Assembly (NCBI GenBank): GCA_038087875.1 | Contig: CM075990.1 | Span: 9,116,001 to 9,180,000, forward strand | Direction: 5' to 3' | DNA length: 64,000 nt | From: Malacoraja senta | Lineage: Eukaryota | Made by a program: the position numbers and the translations under genes | The notes under the pieces: model-generated | What the model saw: the letters and a program-made list of their open reading frames with translations, nothing else | Database searches by the model: none | Told to the model about the DNA's origin: nothing | Shown here: in pieces, positions 52,881 to 64,000 of the stretch | Position numbering within the stretch: position 1 is the first letter of the stretch | How the letters are laid out: every line of letters begins with the position of its first letter

Positions 52881-54488
52881 ATGGCCTACTCTTGCATCTA
52901 TCAGTTGAAAATAAAACAGAGTTAATGATTCAGACTGAAGTCTGTCATATCTGCTAAATATTTCCAGCAATTTCTGTCCTTTTCTCAAATAACAATCTTG
53001 TTTATTTCCCACATGTCCACCTAATTCATGCCTTTCCCAGCATTGTTGGAAAAAAATTGCAGAACTGATAAAAATTTGAATCAAGTTTTGCACAAAAGTC
53101 AAACTACTGAAAGAAATTGAGCTTTTTAAAATCACTAGCTTCTTCATGACATAAGGTAGCTTTATGAGCGAAATAATGAGAGAAATAACCATTTGTATTT
53201 CCCTGCTGAGGAACCTTATGACTCTCAATCATGACAATAATTAGGAGATTATCTTCACTAATGAAACATAAACATGTCCCAGTTAATCATTTGATACTTT
53301 TTATGAACATAGATACGTGAGAGCAATGATTGACTTTACTTAAATGATTTATTTACTGAACTCTTTAAATCCGTTGAAATAAAGCCACAGATAAGACAGC
53401 TTGGACTCATCAGATCAATAGATAAGTCACAAATGATAAGATGGTTCCGTTACATCAGACACATCCTTTTACTAAATAAAGATAATGCTGGCCTTAATAT
53501 GATTAACATAATGCAGCCAGTCACTAAAACAATTGAATATGAATATAAAGCTAGGTTTTTATATCCAAATCATAACCGGCTCAGATATATTATTATAATT
53601 AAACTGCAACTGATTTGTTAAGGGCTGTAATAGATTATCAAGTTGAACACTCAAGATTTAGGAAAGATTTTTATTTTCCTTAATTTTCATGGTCTTTTGT
53701 TAATGGATCAACTTCCCAGTGGTTCCAACTATGATCAGATTTGGACAAGATATATTTGCACTTCAAGCAGATCATCATGATTCTGTTTGCAAAATATTAT
53801 CTAATTACCAATAGGATAAATGTTCAAGTTATCATGGATCCTATTCGATTCTGCATTGTTTTCGCAGCACTGCAAACAGGACTGGAGCTGCAGCATATAA
53901 GTGTGGCTGCCTTGTAGTCCAACAACATAAAACACTGCATTAATTCTTTTGATTGCAGAGTATTTAACCGCGCATATGGTGATGGAAAAATAATTCCAAC
54001 TACTTATTTGAATGGTAACTTGGGAACAGTGAATAAAATGACCAGGAATGGCACCTTAAAGAAAATTGACTGTCCACTTGCTTTCTATAAACTTGAGCTC
54101 ATGCCAAACTCTGCTGCCTAGATTTTAACTCCACCATCTGACTTCAGAAGCCTCATTGTTGTGTTGTAATCCCTATGCTACTTCATTCCTCACCATTACC
54201 AATTCCTCTTCTAAAATTACACATTTATGATTTTACTAATTCATTAACAATGCTCAGCCATCCCCTCCCTAAACATCTTGAACTCTCCAACTCTTTCTCT
54301 TACTTCGATAGTTGTTAATAAAAAATGTCTCTTTCATCAAACCTTTGGTCATTTACCCTAATACCTTCTATATTGCTTGGAGGGAATTGTTGTACACCAC
54401 CTTCTATTAAGCAACTTGGGACCTCTTACTCCAATAAATATACTTCATAAGTTTCAGCTTTACTAAAATAAATATAGGGAATGGTATG

Positions 54489-56207
54489 TAGACAAAAATG
54501 CTGGAGAAACTCAGCGGGTGAGGCAGCATCTATGGAGAGGAGGAATAGGCGACGTTTGGGGTCGAGACCCTTCTTCAGACTGATGTCGGGGGGGGGGGGG
54601 GAGGAAAGGAAGAGGCGGAGAGAGTAGGCTTGTGGGAGTGCTGGGAAGGGGGATGGGAAGGAGGGAGAAAGCAAGGAGTATCTGAATTTGGAGAAGTCAA
54701 TGTTCATACCACTGGGGTGTAAACTACCCAAGCAAAATATGAGGTGCTGTTCCTCCAATTTGCGCTGAGCCTCACTCTGGCAATAGAGGAGACCCAGGAC
54801 AGAAAGGTCAGATTCGGAATGGGAGGGGGAGTTGAAGTGCTGAGCCACCGGGAGATCAGGTTGGTTAGTGTGAACCTACGACAGTGGCGTCTAAAGCTGA
54901 GCGAAGGCAAAACAGTGTCAACAGCATTCCATCTGAACAACAAGGAAGCTAAGCGAGAGCTAGCTGTCTTCGTTAACAACAGGCGCTTGGACCTCCAACA
55001 AACACCCACTTACCTCGGCGTAAAGCTGGACAGGCCGCTTACATTTCGTCAACACCTGGCTGGTCCCCGCGACAAGGTCCTGGCACGTAGCGGCCTCATC
55101 CGATGCCTGGCAGGAACAATTTGGCAAGCCAGTCCATCAACTCTTCGCGCCTGCCTTAGCTGTTGTGTATGCTCCAGCTGAGTACTGCGCACCCTTATGG
55201 AGTAGAAGTAGACATACTAGCCTGGTAGACACGAGCCTGAACAGCACCTTGCGAACCATCACTGGGTGCCTTCAACCTACTCCAGTCGAGCAACTCCCTA
55301 TACTTGCAGGCATTCCGCCTGCAGGGATCCGAAGGCAAGCAGCAACTCTGGCACTATCTAGTCGTGCCATGGACCCAGATCACCTCCTCCATCAGGCTAT
55401 CAGCAGAGAGCAGAGGCCACCTCGACTGTTGTCCCGTCACCCCTTTGCTCCACGTTGAAAACAATTCCAAGCATCCATCCAGCCAACTGAGACAAAAGCA
55501 CACTGGATAGCCACCAAGTGGTCACAGGAGTGGAAGGCAACCTCATCTCCATTACACAGCTACATCTCTTCACCAGATAAAATCTGTCCTGGGTCTGACC
55601 TCCCCAGAGGAGCATGGGTGAAGCTCAACAGACTTGGTACAGGAGTTGGGCGTTTCAATGCCAGCATGTGGAGATGGGGGCTCCGCCAGAGCCCAGCCTG
55701 TGAATGCGGAGCAGAACAACTCGCAGCCAATCATGTCATCTCCGGGTGCCCGCTCTACCACCCACCAAATGGAGCTCAGGGCCTGGCAGACATTGACGCA
55801 GAGACAACAAACTGGCTGCTCAACACCCGGCTTGAGATCTAACTATTCCTTTGGTTTATGTTTCATTCGCACGAAGAAGTGTGAACTGAGCGGAGGTGTT
55901 GGCTGAAGCTATTGCCAAGCCTGCGCTTGGTCACGCCGATGTAGAGAAGTTGTCAACTGGAACAGCGGATGCAGTAGATGAGGTTGGTGGAGGTGCAGGT
56001 GAACCTCTGCCTCACCTGGAAAGACTGCTTGGGTCCTTGGATGGAGTCGCGGGGGGGAGGTAAAGTGACAAATGCAGCATTTCCTACAGTTGCAAGGGAA
56101 AGTACCCGGGGAGGGGGTGGTTTGGGTGGGAAGGGACAAATTGACCAGGGAGTTACGGAGGGAACGGTCTTTCCTTGGATGGAGTCGAGGGGGGGAGGTA
56201 AAGTGAC
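54489..56207 (-). mobile_element. Penelope-like element 3' portion (GIY-YIG endonuclease plus terminal repeat), 13-bp TSD
   Basis: TFPCNCRKCCIC... and AQHFNSPSHSESDLSVLGLLYCQSEAQRKLEEQHLIFCLGSLHPSGMNIDF. agggaatggtatg occurs at 54476-54488 and 56208-56220. Confidence 0.9.
54876..55877 (+). mobile_element. Vingi/Ingi-group non-LTR retrotransposon, 5'-truncated, nested in Penelope
   Basis: WRLKLSEGKTVSTAFHLNNKEAKREL...YLGVKLDR...AEYCAPLW...ITGCLQPTP...LNRLGTGVGRF...CECG..HV..C. Ends acgaaga(a). TSD agtgtgaac at 54867-54875 and 55878-55886. Confidence 0.8.
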
Positions 56208-56679
56208 AGGGAATGGTATGATACATTAATTCATCAGCACAGAAAAATGTTCAAATGAACTGAAAAAATGTGATCATTTATAACCGATATATTCTCAACA
56301 AGAGACTTCAATCCCACACTATCTTATCGATATTCCTTTGTAACTGTTGATTCTACCAAATTATATATTTTTCTGACTTTGCTGTTACCATGTGTTTGAT
56401 TATGGGTGTAAGTAGCTGGTTGACAACTCATGTCAGAATAACAGATCTATGGTTCATTTACTTCACTTTCCCTCCTTGTTTGAATCAATGTGGTTACAAT
56501 GAGGAGTTTATGTACAATGAAGGTTTGTGAGTGGACCGGGTTGGCTGTGAGGTTGCCAATTCATATGAGTGGGGTGGTGTTGCATACAAGGTTTGCTGAA
56601 TGCAAGGGAGCTATTGAGGTAAGGGTATTTGTTGGATGGAGTTATGTAGACCCTTGCTTCTGTGTTTATGTCTCCCGGC

Positions 56680-57078
56680 CATTCAGGACATTTTCCACCG
56701 GCAGTGCCTGCAGAAGGCACACAGCATCATCAAGGACCACAGCCACCCAGCACACAGACTGTTCTCCTTGTTGCCGTCAGGCAGATGATATAGGAGCATG
56801 GCTGCACGCACCACCAGACTTAAGAACAGTTTTTATCATCATGCCATCAGGCCTCTGAACTCATAAACACATCATAAATGTTGATTATTTTATTTATTAT
56901 TGTCTTTTACCTTCCAATGTCACTCTTATCTTATCTTTTTTTTTTTTTTACCTTAATTTTATCCTTGTAATATCATTGCTGAGGTGACCCGTTGTCTTGT
57001 CAAAAACATTTCATTGTACCGTTGACCCTGTGTTAAACTACATATGACAAATAAAACTGAACTGAACTGAACTGAACT
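56680..57078 (+). mobile_element. Rex1 LINE 3' fragment
   Basis: SIIKDHSHPAHRLFSLLPSGRxYRSM...RLKNSFYHHAIRPLN, with tail atgacaaataaa plus (ACTGA)n. Confidence 0.85.
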
Positions 57079-58346
57079 ATGTCCATCTGTGCCTAACCGC
57101 AAATGTATTGGCGTGAGCATACAGTGTGCACTTTACAGTACAGTGTCTAAGTGTAGTAATGGTGCAATGATACTAGCTCCAGTCTCCCATTCATTTCATA
57201 AATTAATGCAGCTTCCATTTTGCCACAGATCGCCAGTTGTGCAGCTCCTGGTGGGGTAGCATCGGTGAGTAATGAAAAATTGCAACAATCACATCATATT
57301 GAGACAATGAATGTTTGAAGTCAGATGGTTTGGGGAATGACTAAGCAGGTTTTCAATATCCACTGTAGACATCAATCCTCCTTTCAATCCCTTCAGATGA
57401 AACTCTTTTATCAACATTGATATATTTTTCAGCCGGATCCTATTAATTCAAGTGACACAGAAAGTCTTAATATGCATACCTTAATAAGCTAATTATAAAA
57501 GATCTGACTTCTCTTCTGATCCCCACAGCTTTCCCCAAGCTCTTTTTGAGATGGGCATTAAAAATTTACTGCTGCAGTTTCTATTTAAGTTTATTTTCAG
57601 TCCGCAGTATCAATAGCATCTGAAATATTTATTAGAGTTGCACTGTAGTGATTCCTGTGTGCATTCTACCCACTACCTACATGGAATTAAAAGCAGCTTG
57701 TTATCTGCTTTGTGGACAGCCGTTGATTGGGTCGGTACAGCAAAGCTCCCGGTGAAGATACATATATTTATCTGCTTCCCACACATGCTCACGCTACTGT
57801 GCTCTCACAGTGGTAGTTTGCTGGAAACGGAAAGAAATCATCATAATTCTAGAGATGTGCTGCTGCACAACCTTTAAAGGCCTCTGCTCTCTGATGCCAC
57901 GCTGGTGAAGAAGTTAGCAGGAACTTTGAATGCTTCCACACGCAGGTCACATATTTTACCATACTGCACAAAAACACTAACTATTAGCTTCAGACAAGTG
58001 CAGAGAAACAACGTTTTGCAGCCAAGTTTTTCAGTCTAGAATAAATCAGTATTGCTTTTTATAAAATTTCATGATACAAAATATATTAACATTGTAAACG
58101 CTTCAAAATCATTGCATATCGTTTCTAACCCTAATGATGAATTACACTGTTTGGAGATACAATGAATTAAACTATGGCAGACAATGGACAGGTCGTGGGT
58201 TTAGAATTGCGTATATTCTGCTGCTGAATGCTCTATGGAACAACTGCAGCTGTATAGCAGAAAGCATACTGTCTGGCTACATCATATCTTGATTATGTAA
58301 CTCAATTGCTCAGGAACGAATGAGAGAAGGGTCATAAAGAGAAGAG

Positions 58347-58550
58347 TCAGAGAGGAGAAAGGGGAGAAAAGGTATAGAGGGGGATGGAGGGGGGGGGAGA
58401 GGGGGATGGAGGGGGAGAGAGGGATGGAGGGGGAGAGGGGGATGGAGGGGGAGAGGGGGAGAGGGGGATGGAGGGGGATGGAGGGGGATGGAGGGGGAGA
58501 GGGGGATGGAGGGGGAGAGGGGGTGGAGGGGGAGAGGGGGAGAGAGATGG
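58347..58550 (+). repeat. Polypurine (GGGGGATGGA/GGGGGAGA)n tract
   Basis: Directly visible. Confidence 0.9.
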
Positions 58551-59554
58551 AAATAAATAATTGGAATTGCTCAAACAGGAACCTATAAGCTGAATTTCAA
58601 TTTTCCTGCTCCTCTGTCATGGGATTAAGAAATGCAATCTTCAACCTGACTTGAATAGGTTTGGAAATAAATGTTAATGATATTAACAAGTGAAAAATCA
58701 CAACATTGAATACTTAATTTAAAAAAGTCTGGTAGACTGGTTGTTATGCTGAAGAAGATAATTTTCGGTTAATATATAAATAAATAAATGCCCATTTTGT
58801 GTTTGACTTAATAATGGCCTTCTGCCGAATCTGTTGGACAGCCAAGGTGTGATTTAAAATGAGGCAACAAAATCATGATAGAAAAGTTAATTGACATTTC
58901 AAAGGAGCTGAATTGCAGTTAAGCATTGCATGGTAGAGTGAGATATTAGACCACTAAATAAAGAAAGCTGCCAATATTCTGGTCCAGTTTCTTTGCAAAA
59001 ATGGTTCCTAATTTATACAATGGCTGCAATATTGGTAGATGCAGCCATCAATCCAGAAAGTAGTTCAGGCAATAGATTTGTAAATCACTTCACAAAGGCC
59101 AAGTTTAATTATTGCGAGAAATGTCAGTCCATCGGGAAGCCTCTCTCTCTGAAGGCAATAATGCTGTCTTGCTTTAGCCATGGAAATACATAGCAAAGCT
59201 GCTTAAGCTCTATAATGAGGTGTGCCCTTAAATTGCGATGCCTTTGAATGCATTTAGTAGACCGCTACATAAAAATATGCTACAACAATTCATGCTTTTG
59301 AAGTTATTTCTAAAACTGAGGGCTGCGCAGCACATACATTACGTGGATTAAACACTGAGGAGCAGTGGCAAATGAATACGTGAGCAAGTAATACAAAATT
59401 AGCTAAATATGAACTAAATACATCTAATACGATCAATGCTCCCCACACTTTGCAGGGTATTAGAGAGCCTGATCTGAAACCCCATTCTCATGAAGGTTCT
59501 ATTGACTGAAACACTCACCCTGTTTCTTTTTCCATAATGTTGTTTGACCTGTAA

Positions 59555-59785
59555 CATAGAACACAGAACAGTACAGCACAAGAACAGGCTCTTTGTCCCA
59601 CAATGAAAACATGATGCCAGGTTAAACTAATTTCCTCTGCCTGTACGTGATCCACCTCCCTCCATAACTATGTGCATATCTAATAGCCTCTACATGCCTC
59701 ATGTCTGCCTCCAACAATAACCCTGGCAGCGTGTTCCAGGTACCCATCATTTGTTCTGTAAAAAATTGCCCCGCACTTCGACCAA
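59555..59785 (-). mobile_element. CR1 3' fragment
   Basis: catagaacacagaacagtacagcacaagaacaggc...ccctggcagcgtgttccagg. Confidence 0.7.
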
Positions 59786-59843
59786 ATTTAATTCCATGTC
59801 TTTCCTGAACAAACCTCTCTTACTCCAACTGATTCCACCGAGA

Positions 59844-60058
59844 GCGACACAAAAAGCTGGAGTAACCAAGTGGGTCAGGCAGCATCTCTGGAGAAAATGA
59901 ATAGGTGACGTTTCGGGTCAAGACCCTTCTTCAGACTGAGCCTCAAGCCGAATCCATCACCTATTCCTTTTCTCCAGAGCTGCTGTCTGACCCACTGAGT
60001 TACTCCAGCTTTGTGTCTATCTTCGGTTTAAACCAGCATCTGTAGTTCCTCCCTACTC
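59844..60058. mobile_element. Palindromic Penelope-derived hairpin with about 12-bp TSD
   Basis: attccac(c/a)gaga occurs at 59832-59843 and 60059-60070. Confidence 0.8.
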
Positions 60059-61959
60059 ATTCCACAGAGATTCCAACCAAAATTCCAACCTTCATAATTC
60101 AGATAAACACCCAGGTTCACAGATATATTTAAAGCTATCCAACATTTCGATACAGTGTTCTCATCACATCCTGAAATCCATGTTTAATATTACCTAACAC
60201 TTTATTTTAACTGAGAGCTTGTGTTCGGCTTCTGCAAGATAGAACTCTCTACACCTCTCTCCCAGACAAGGGTGGCTGAGATCCCTTTGCTTCTTTGTTT
60301 AACAGAAGCTTAACCAATTCCCCTCCATCAATACACCCATTCACCTGTCAGAATTTGTTGATTGATTGAACAACTTCTTCATATCTAACTGAAGGGAATT
60401 CAACCTGCTTTTGGAACTTAAAATATTTCTGATATATCCCCCCTCAGTGTTATCATTCCAAAAGACACAGGACTTTATTATTAATATTTATTTTTATTCT
60501 TTCAGCTTTAACATCAGATTTATAACCATTCTTATCTTCCAAAAAACAAATATCTGTTTCTGCATGAAAAAATATTTAAATTAATTTGGTGATGGGTAAG
60601 GGTGTGGCGTTTCGTAAGTTAGTAATATAGCAAGTGGGGATTGAGTCAAGATAAACTAAGTAAGTCCAATAAACAAACATAGAATGGACTAAGTGTGGGC
60701 AAATGGAACTGCTCTGGCTAAGTACAACGGTTGTGGGCCAAAGGTTATGTGCTGTATGACATTGACTAATAGATTTTTTGTACCCCTTTTCTTCTACCCA
60801 ATTAACTGAATACATTTTCTGCGCACCAATAACTGTTTATTTCCCCAAATCACCTCCATTAATTGACACTATGCCCCCTTCATTGTCAGAATGTCTTCCC
60901 CTATTAATATAAGGTTTTACCTTTTATAAAAAATGATCTCGTCAAAATAATAAATGTGTATAGGTTCATGGAGAAATCCTTCTGTCCGGCTCCACCTCTA
61001 TCTGTATTTTTTCTGGAACCACCTTCTAAATACCCTTTTCTTTTGGTGGGCCAGTTCCTTATATCAATCGTTATCTTGTGATAGGGAACAAGTACATAAC
61101 ATGGTCCTCTCCTAAATCATTCTGACCCAAGCTGATTGCATGAGACATTATTTCTTCATGTTTTGGCAGTTTTCCAGAAGATGCACATCATCATCTTTCT
61201 ATTAGCTTAATTTCCAAATTGTACCCCTCCTGTACTAAACTAACTGTAGCCTGACCTTATCTTGTACTGGTGAATCTTGGTTGTAAATTCTAATGGATAT
61301 GGCTTCTTTTTCTTTCAACTATAAAGATCATAAATGAACCCTAATCTTGTACCTCTCCTGTTTATTCTAAATTGAAAAGAAAGCCAAAGTGTTATTTTGT
61401 TGCAGAATTATTATTGAAAACTAAAAGGGTGTAAAGTTTAAGATTGACAACACCAGAATTCTGAAGCAATTAGTTTTAAGATTTGGGCAATTCCCAAAGG
61501 AGAGCCCTTCAATCACTATCTACCTTTTTGAAATAAGGAAAACAAGGTTGTCAAAAATCTGTAGATGTTCTCACCATGACTAAATACATAATATAGATCC
61601 TCTTGGTTGGTTGTATTATACCCTCAAGTTTGCATGTAAAATATCAGATTTCTTTAAAAAAAACAAAGGGCCTGGCAGCATTACACCGCTGCTTTTCGTA
61701 ACCCAAGTGCTAAATCTTCAAAATCCCTGTCTGCTTCATTGATCAGCAGTTATTTTGTATATAATCAACGTCACACCTGCAATATTGGAATGATACACGG
61801 TAACCTGGCTGCCAACATGCTAGCAGGTTATGCATTCTCCATTCCAATATATTATGTATAATTTATGTTTTGTGTGTTCCAAGTCTGTGTGCCTGTAATA
61901 CTGCAGCAAGCAAGATTTTTCATTGTATCTCTACCTCACCATATATGTGCATTCAACAA

Positions 61960-62155
61960 CTGCCACAGACAGCTGTGGAGGGGGCAAGAGATTGGGTGTT
62001 CTTTAGTCAGAGATTGATAGGTTTGTGATAAGGTAGGGCATCAAAGATCACGGGGAGAATGGCACGAGAATGGGGTTAAGAGGGAAAAAGATCAGCCATG
62101 ACTGAATGGCAGAGAAGACTCGATTGGCTGAATGGCCTAATTCTCCTTTGTCTTA
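61960..62155 (+). mobile_element. CR1 3' fragment preceded by a Rex1 tail (about 61855-61958)
   Basis: ctgccacagacagctgtggagg...gatcagccatgactgaatggcagagaagactcgattggctgaatggcctaattctcct. Confidence 0.75.
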
Positions 62156-63559
62156 TCAACAATAAATTCCACTTACCATTCATTTTCCTTCATTCCTACC
62201 TATTCCTGAGGCTTCCACCCAATGCATTAGGCAATTATGCTGGACCGCATCACATGCCTTTCTGAAATCCAAATAGGCTACAACCATTGTCTCTTATTAT
62301 ATATAGGAATTAGACTTTAGGACTGCAATGAGATGTTGTTCTTTATCCCATTTTGTAGACAAATTACATCCTTTGGGAATTGCCAAAACTCTGAAATCAA
62401 TTCCTTCAGAATTCTGATGTTGTGAATCCTATACTTTTCACTCTTTCAGTTTGCAATAATAATTCTGCAAAAAAAAGTTCTACTCTGTTTAAAAAAACTT
62501 ATTTTCTTTGCTTTACTTTAGATAAGTCTGCACGAACATTGAGTGAGAGACTTTTAGTCGGCAGTTCTGCATTCAGCCTTCCCTGTTATCAAGTTTCTCA
62601 TTTGCTGGAAAGCTTCTTTTTCTTTCCTCCTACTCGACTGATTGAAATCAAGTACTCTAAAGTTTAATACAGATCTGCAGTAACAGGTCCTTATGCACGT
62701 AAACTTAAAAGTCTCAATGGGATGGTTTGTTATCCTTACCAGTAGGCATTGTGATTTCTTGTATGCTTCTCAGAAAAGTACAAATGGATCATTGTGTTCT
62801 ATTGCATTCTCCACCTGTTATTGCTTTTCTCCATTCGACTAATGGTAAAGCGAGATGCAAGTCATTTACATTGAAAAAAGGTGCTTGGATGTGATGGTAT
62901 TTTTTTCAGCTTTTGGCAAATGGAAAGATTTACCACTCCTAACAGTGGTGTTTAGCTGGGTTTAAACTATGCAATACAGCAAATAAACATGCAATAAAAA
63001 AATTAATGGATTGCTATTCAGTAATGCTGTGGTGGGCCATTGAATTGGAATAGTAACTTATGGCAAGGTAGCACCCATGAATTTGGCATTCATCAGATAA
63101 ATCATGAGACAATATGGTTTGATGTAATTCTACACATGTAATGAAGACTAGTATAGAGTAAATGTGCTGGAATTGTGAGCAAAACACAAAATGATGGAGT
63201 AACTCAGTGGATCAGGCAGCATCTGTGGAGGGAATCGATAGGCAACATTTCAGGTAGAGATCTTCCACAGATGCTGCCCACTGAGTTGCTGTTGCTCTTT
63301 GTGTTTTGGTCCAAGTATATACTATTTGACAAAGTCCATTTTCAGTTATTATGAAAGCCAATGAAGAATCACAGATTGCACAGGAAAGAGGCCATCGTGC
63401 CTGTTGAGTCAACTCTACATCAAAGCAAACCATCTAGTCCTATTACTTCTTCATCTCCCCATCACTTTTCAGAGTCTTTCTTTCTAGATACTTATCCAGC
63501 TCCCTCTAAATCCTTCAATTAAATCAGCCTCTATTTTTTTTTACCACTTCAGAGCCTAA

Positions 63560-63932
63560 AGCCCCTGTCCCACTTAGGAGACCTAAACAGCAACCTCTGG
63601 TGACTTTGCCCGCCACCCAAAAAAAAATCAAGGTCGAGGTGACCTGCAACCTCCTACCACCTCCCACGCATATGTTGAAAACCTTCTTCGACTATGAAGA
63701 AAACCCGCTTTGACTAGACCTACGACTAAAAAATTATCGATTTTTAAAACGGCAACCTATTTTTAGTCGAGACCGGTTTTAATCATGATGAAAAAATAGC
63801 AGCAACTTAGATGAAGCCTCGACCACGCGGAAACCACTTTCGACCATTAGAGAGAGTGACCAAAACCTCCGGTGACCTCATGGAAACCTTGGGTGGCGGG
63901 AAAGGTCACCAGAGGTTGCTGTTTAGGTCTCC
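63560..63932. mobile_element. Harbinger-like MITE, same family as 8659-9492, right terminus truncated
   Basis: gcccctgtcccacttaggagacctaaacagcaacctctggtgac... / ...gtcaccagaggttgctgtttaggtctcc. Shares the internal aaacggcaacctatttttagtcgag with the 9.3-kb copy. Confidence 0.8.
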
Positions 63933-64000
63933 AAATGCCTCGCTGTAAGAACATTTTCATCATATCACTTTTAGCTCTTTTGCCAATTATTTTCATTCCA

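Noticed and set aside
62170..62820. Further CCSER2 exons at minus-strand gtaag donors (about 62177 and 62738)
   Set aside because: No CCSER2-like peptide precedes them in the frames I read. The neighbouring exons probably lie outside the window.

Overview
Eukaryotic, AT-rich, repeat-dense genomic DNA. It is most likely from a cartilaginous fish (skate/ray), inferred from HE1-type V-SINEs, SacSINE1-like DeuSINEs, HER1/CR1 tails and abundant Penelope hairpins. The window appears to lie inside the very large introns of one minus-strand gene. Two canonical phase-0 coding exons (29102-29188 and 11853-11951) join into a coiled coil plus an 'ADKxTQT' segment that I recognise as CCSER2. Nearly all ORFs in the track are noise or transposon fragments. 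A nested transposon pile-up at about 38.6-52.9 kb holds an intron-containing ZNF862-like hAT transposase pseudogene and a decayed DIRS1 tyrosine-recombinase retrotransposon with an intact terminal inverted-repeat structure. It also holds two L1 copies, an Academ-like TIR element and two GC-rich non-coding retroposons with Rex1-type tails. Elsewhere there are Penelope fragments with hammerhead-ribozyme cores, a Vingi insertion, Rex1 and CR1 LINEs, Harbinger MITEs and SINEs. I found no convincing wholly new system. The best candidates for something undescribed are the GC-rich Rex1-tailed retroposon family, the TSD-flanked Penelope/hammerhead hairpins and a possible stop-containing alternative CCSER2 exon. 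All family calls come from recalled motifs, not database searches, and repeat boundaries are approximate unless a TSD or TIR is quoted.
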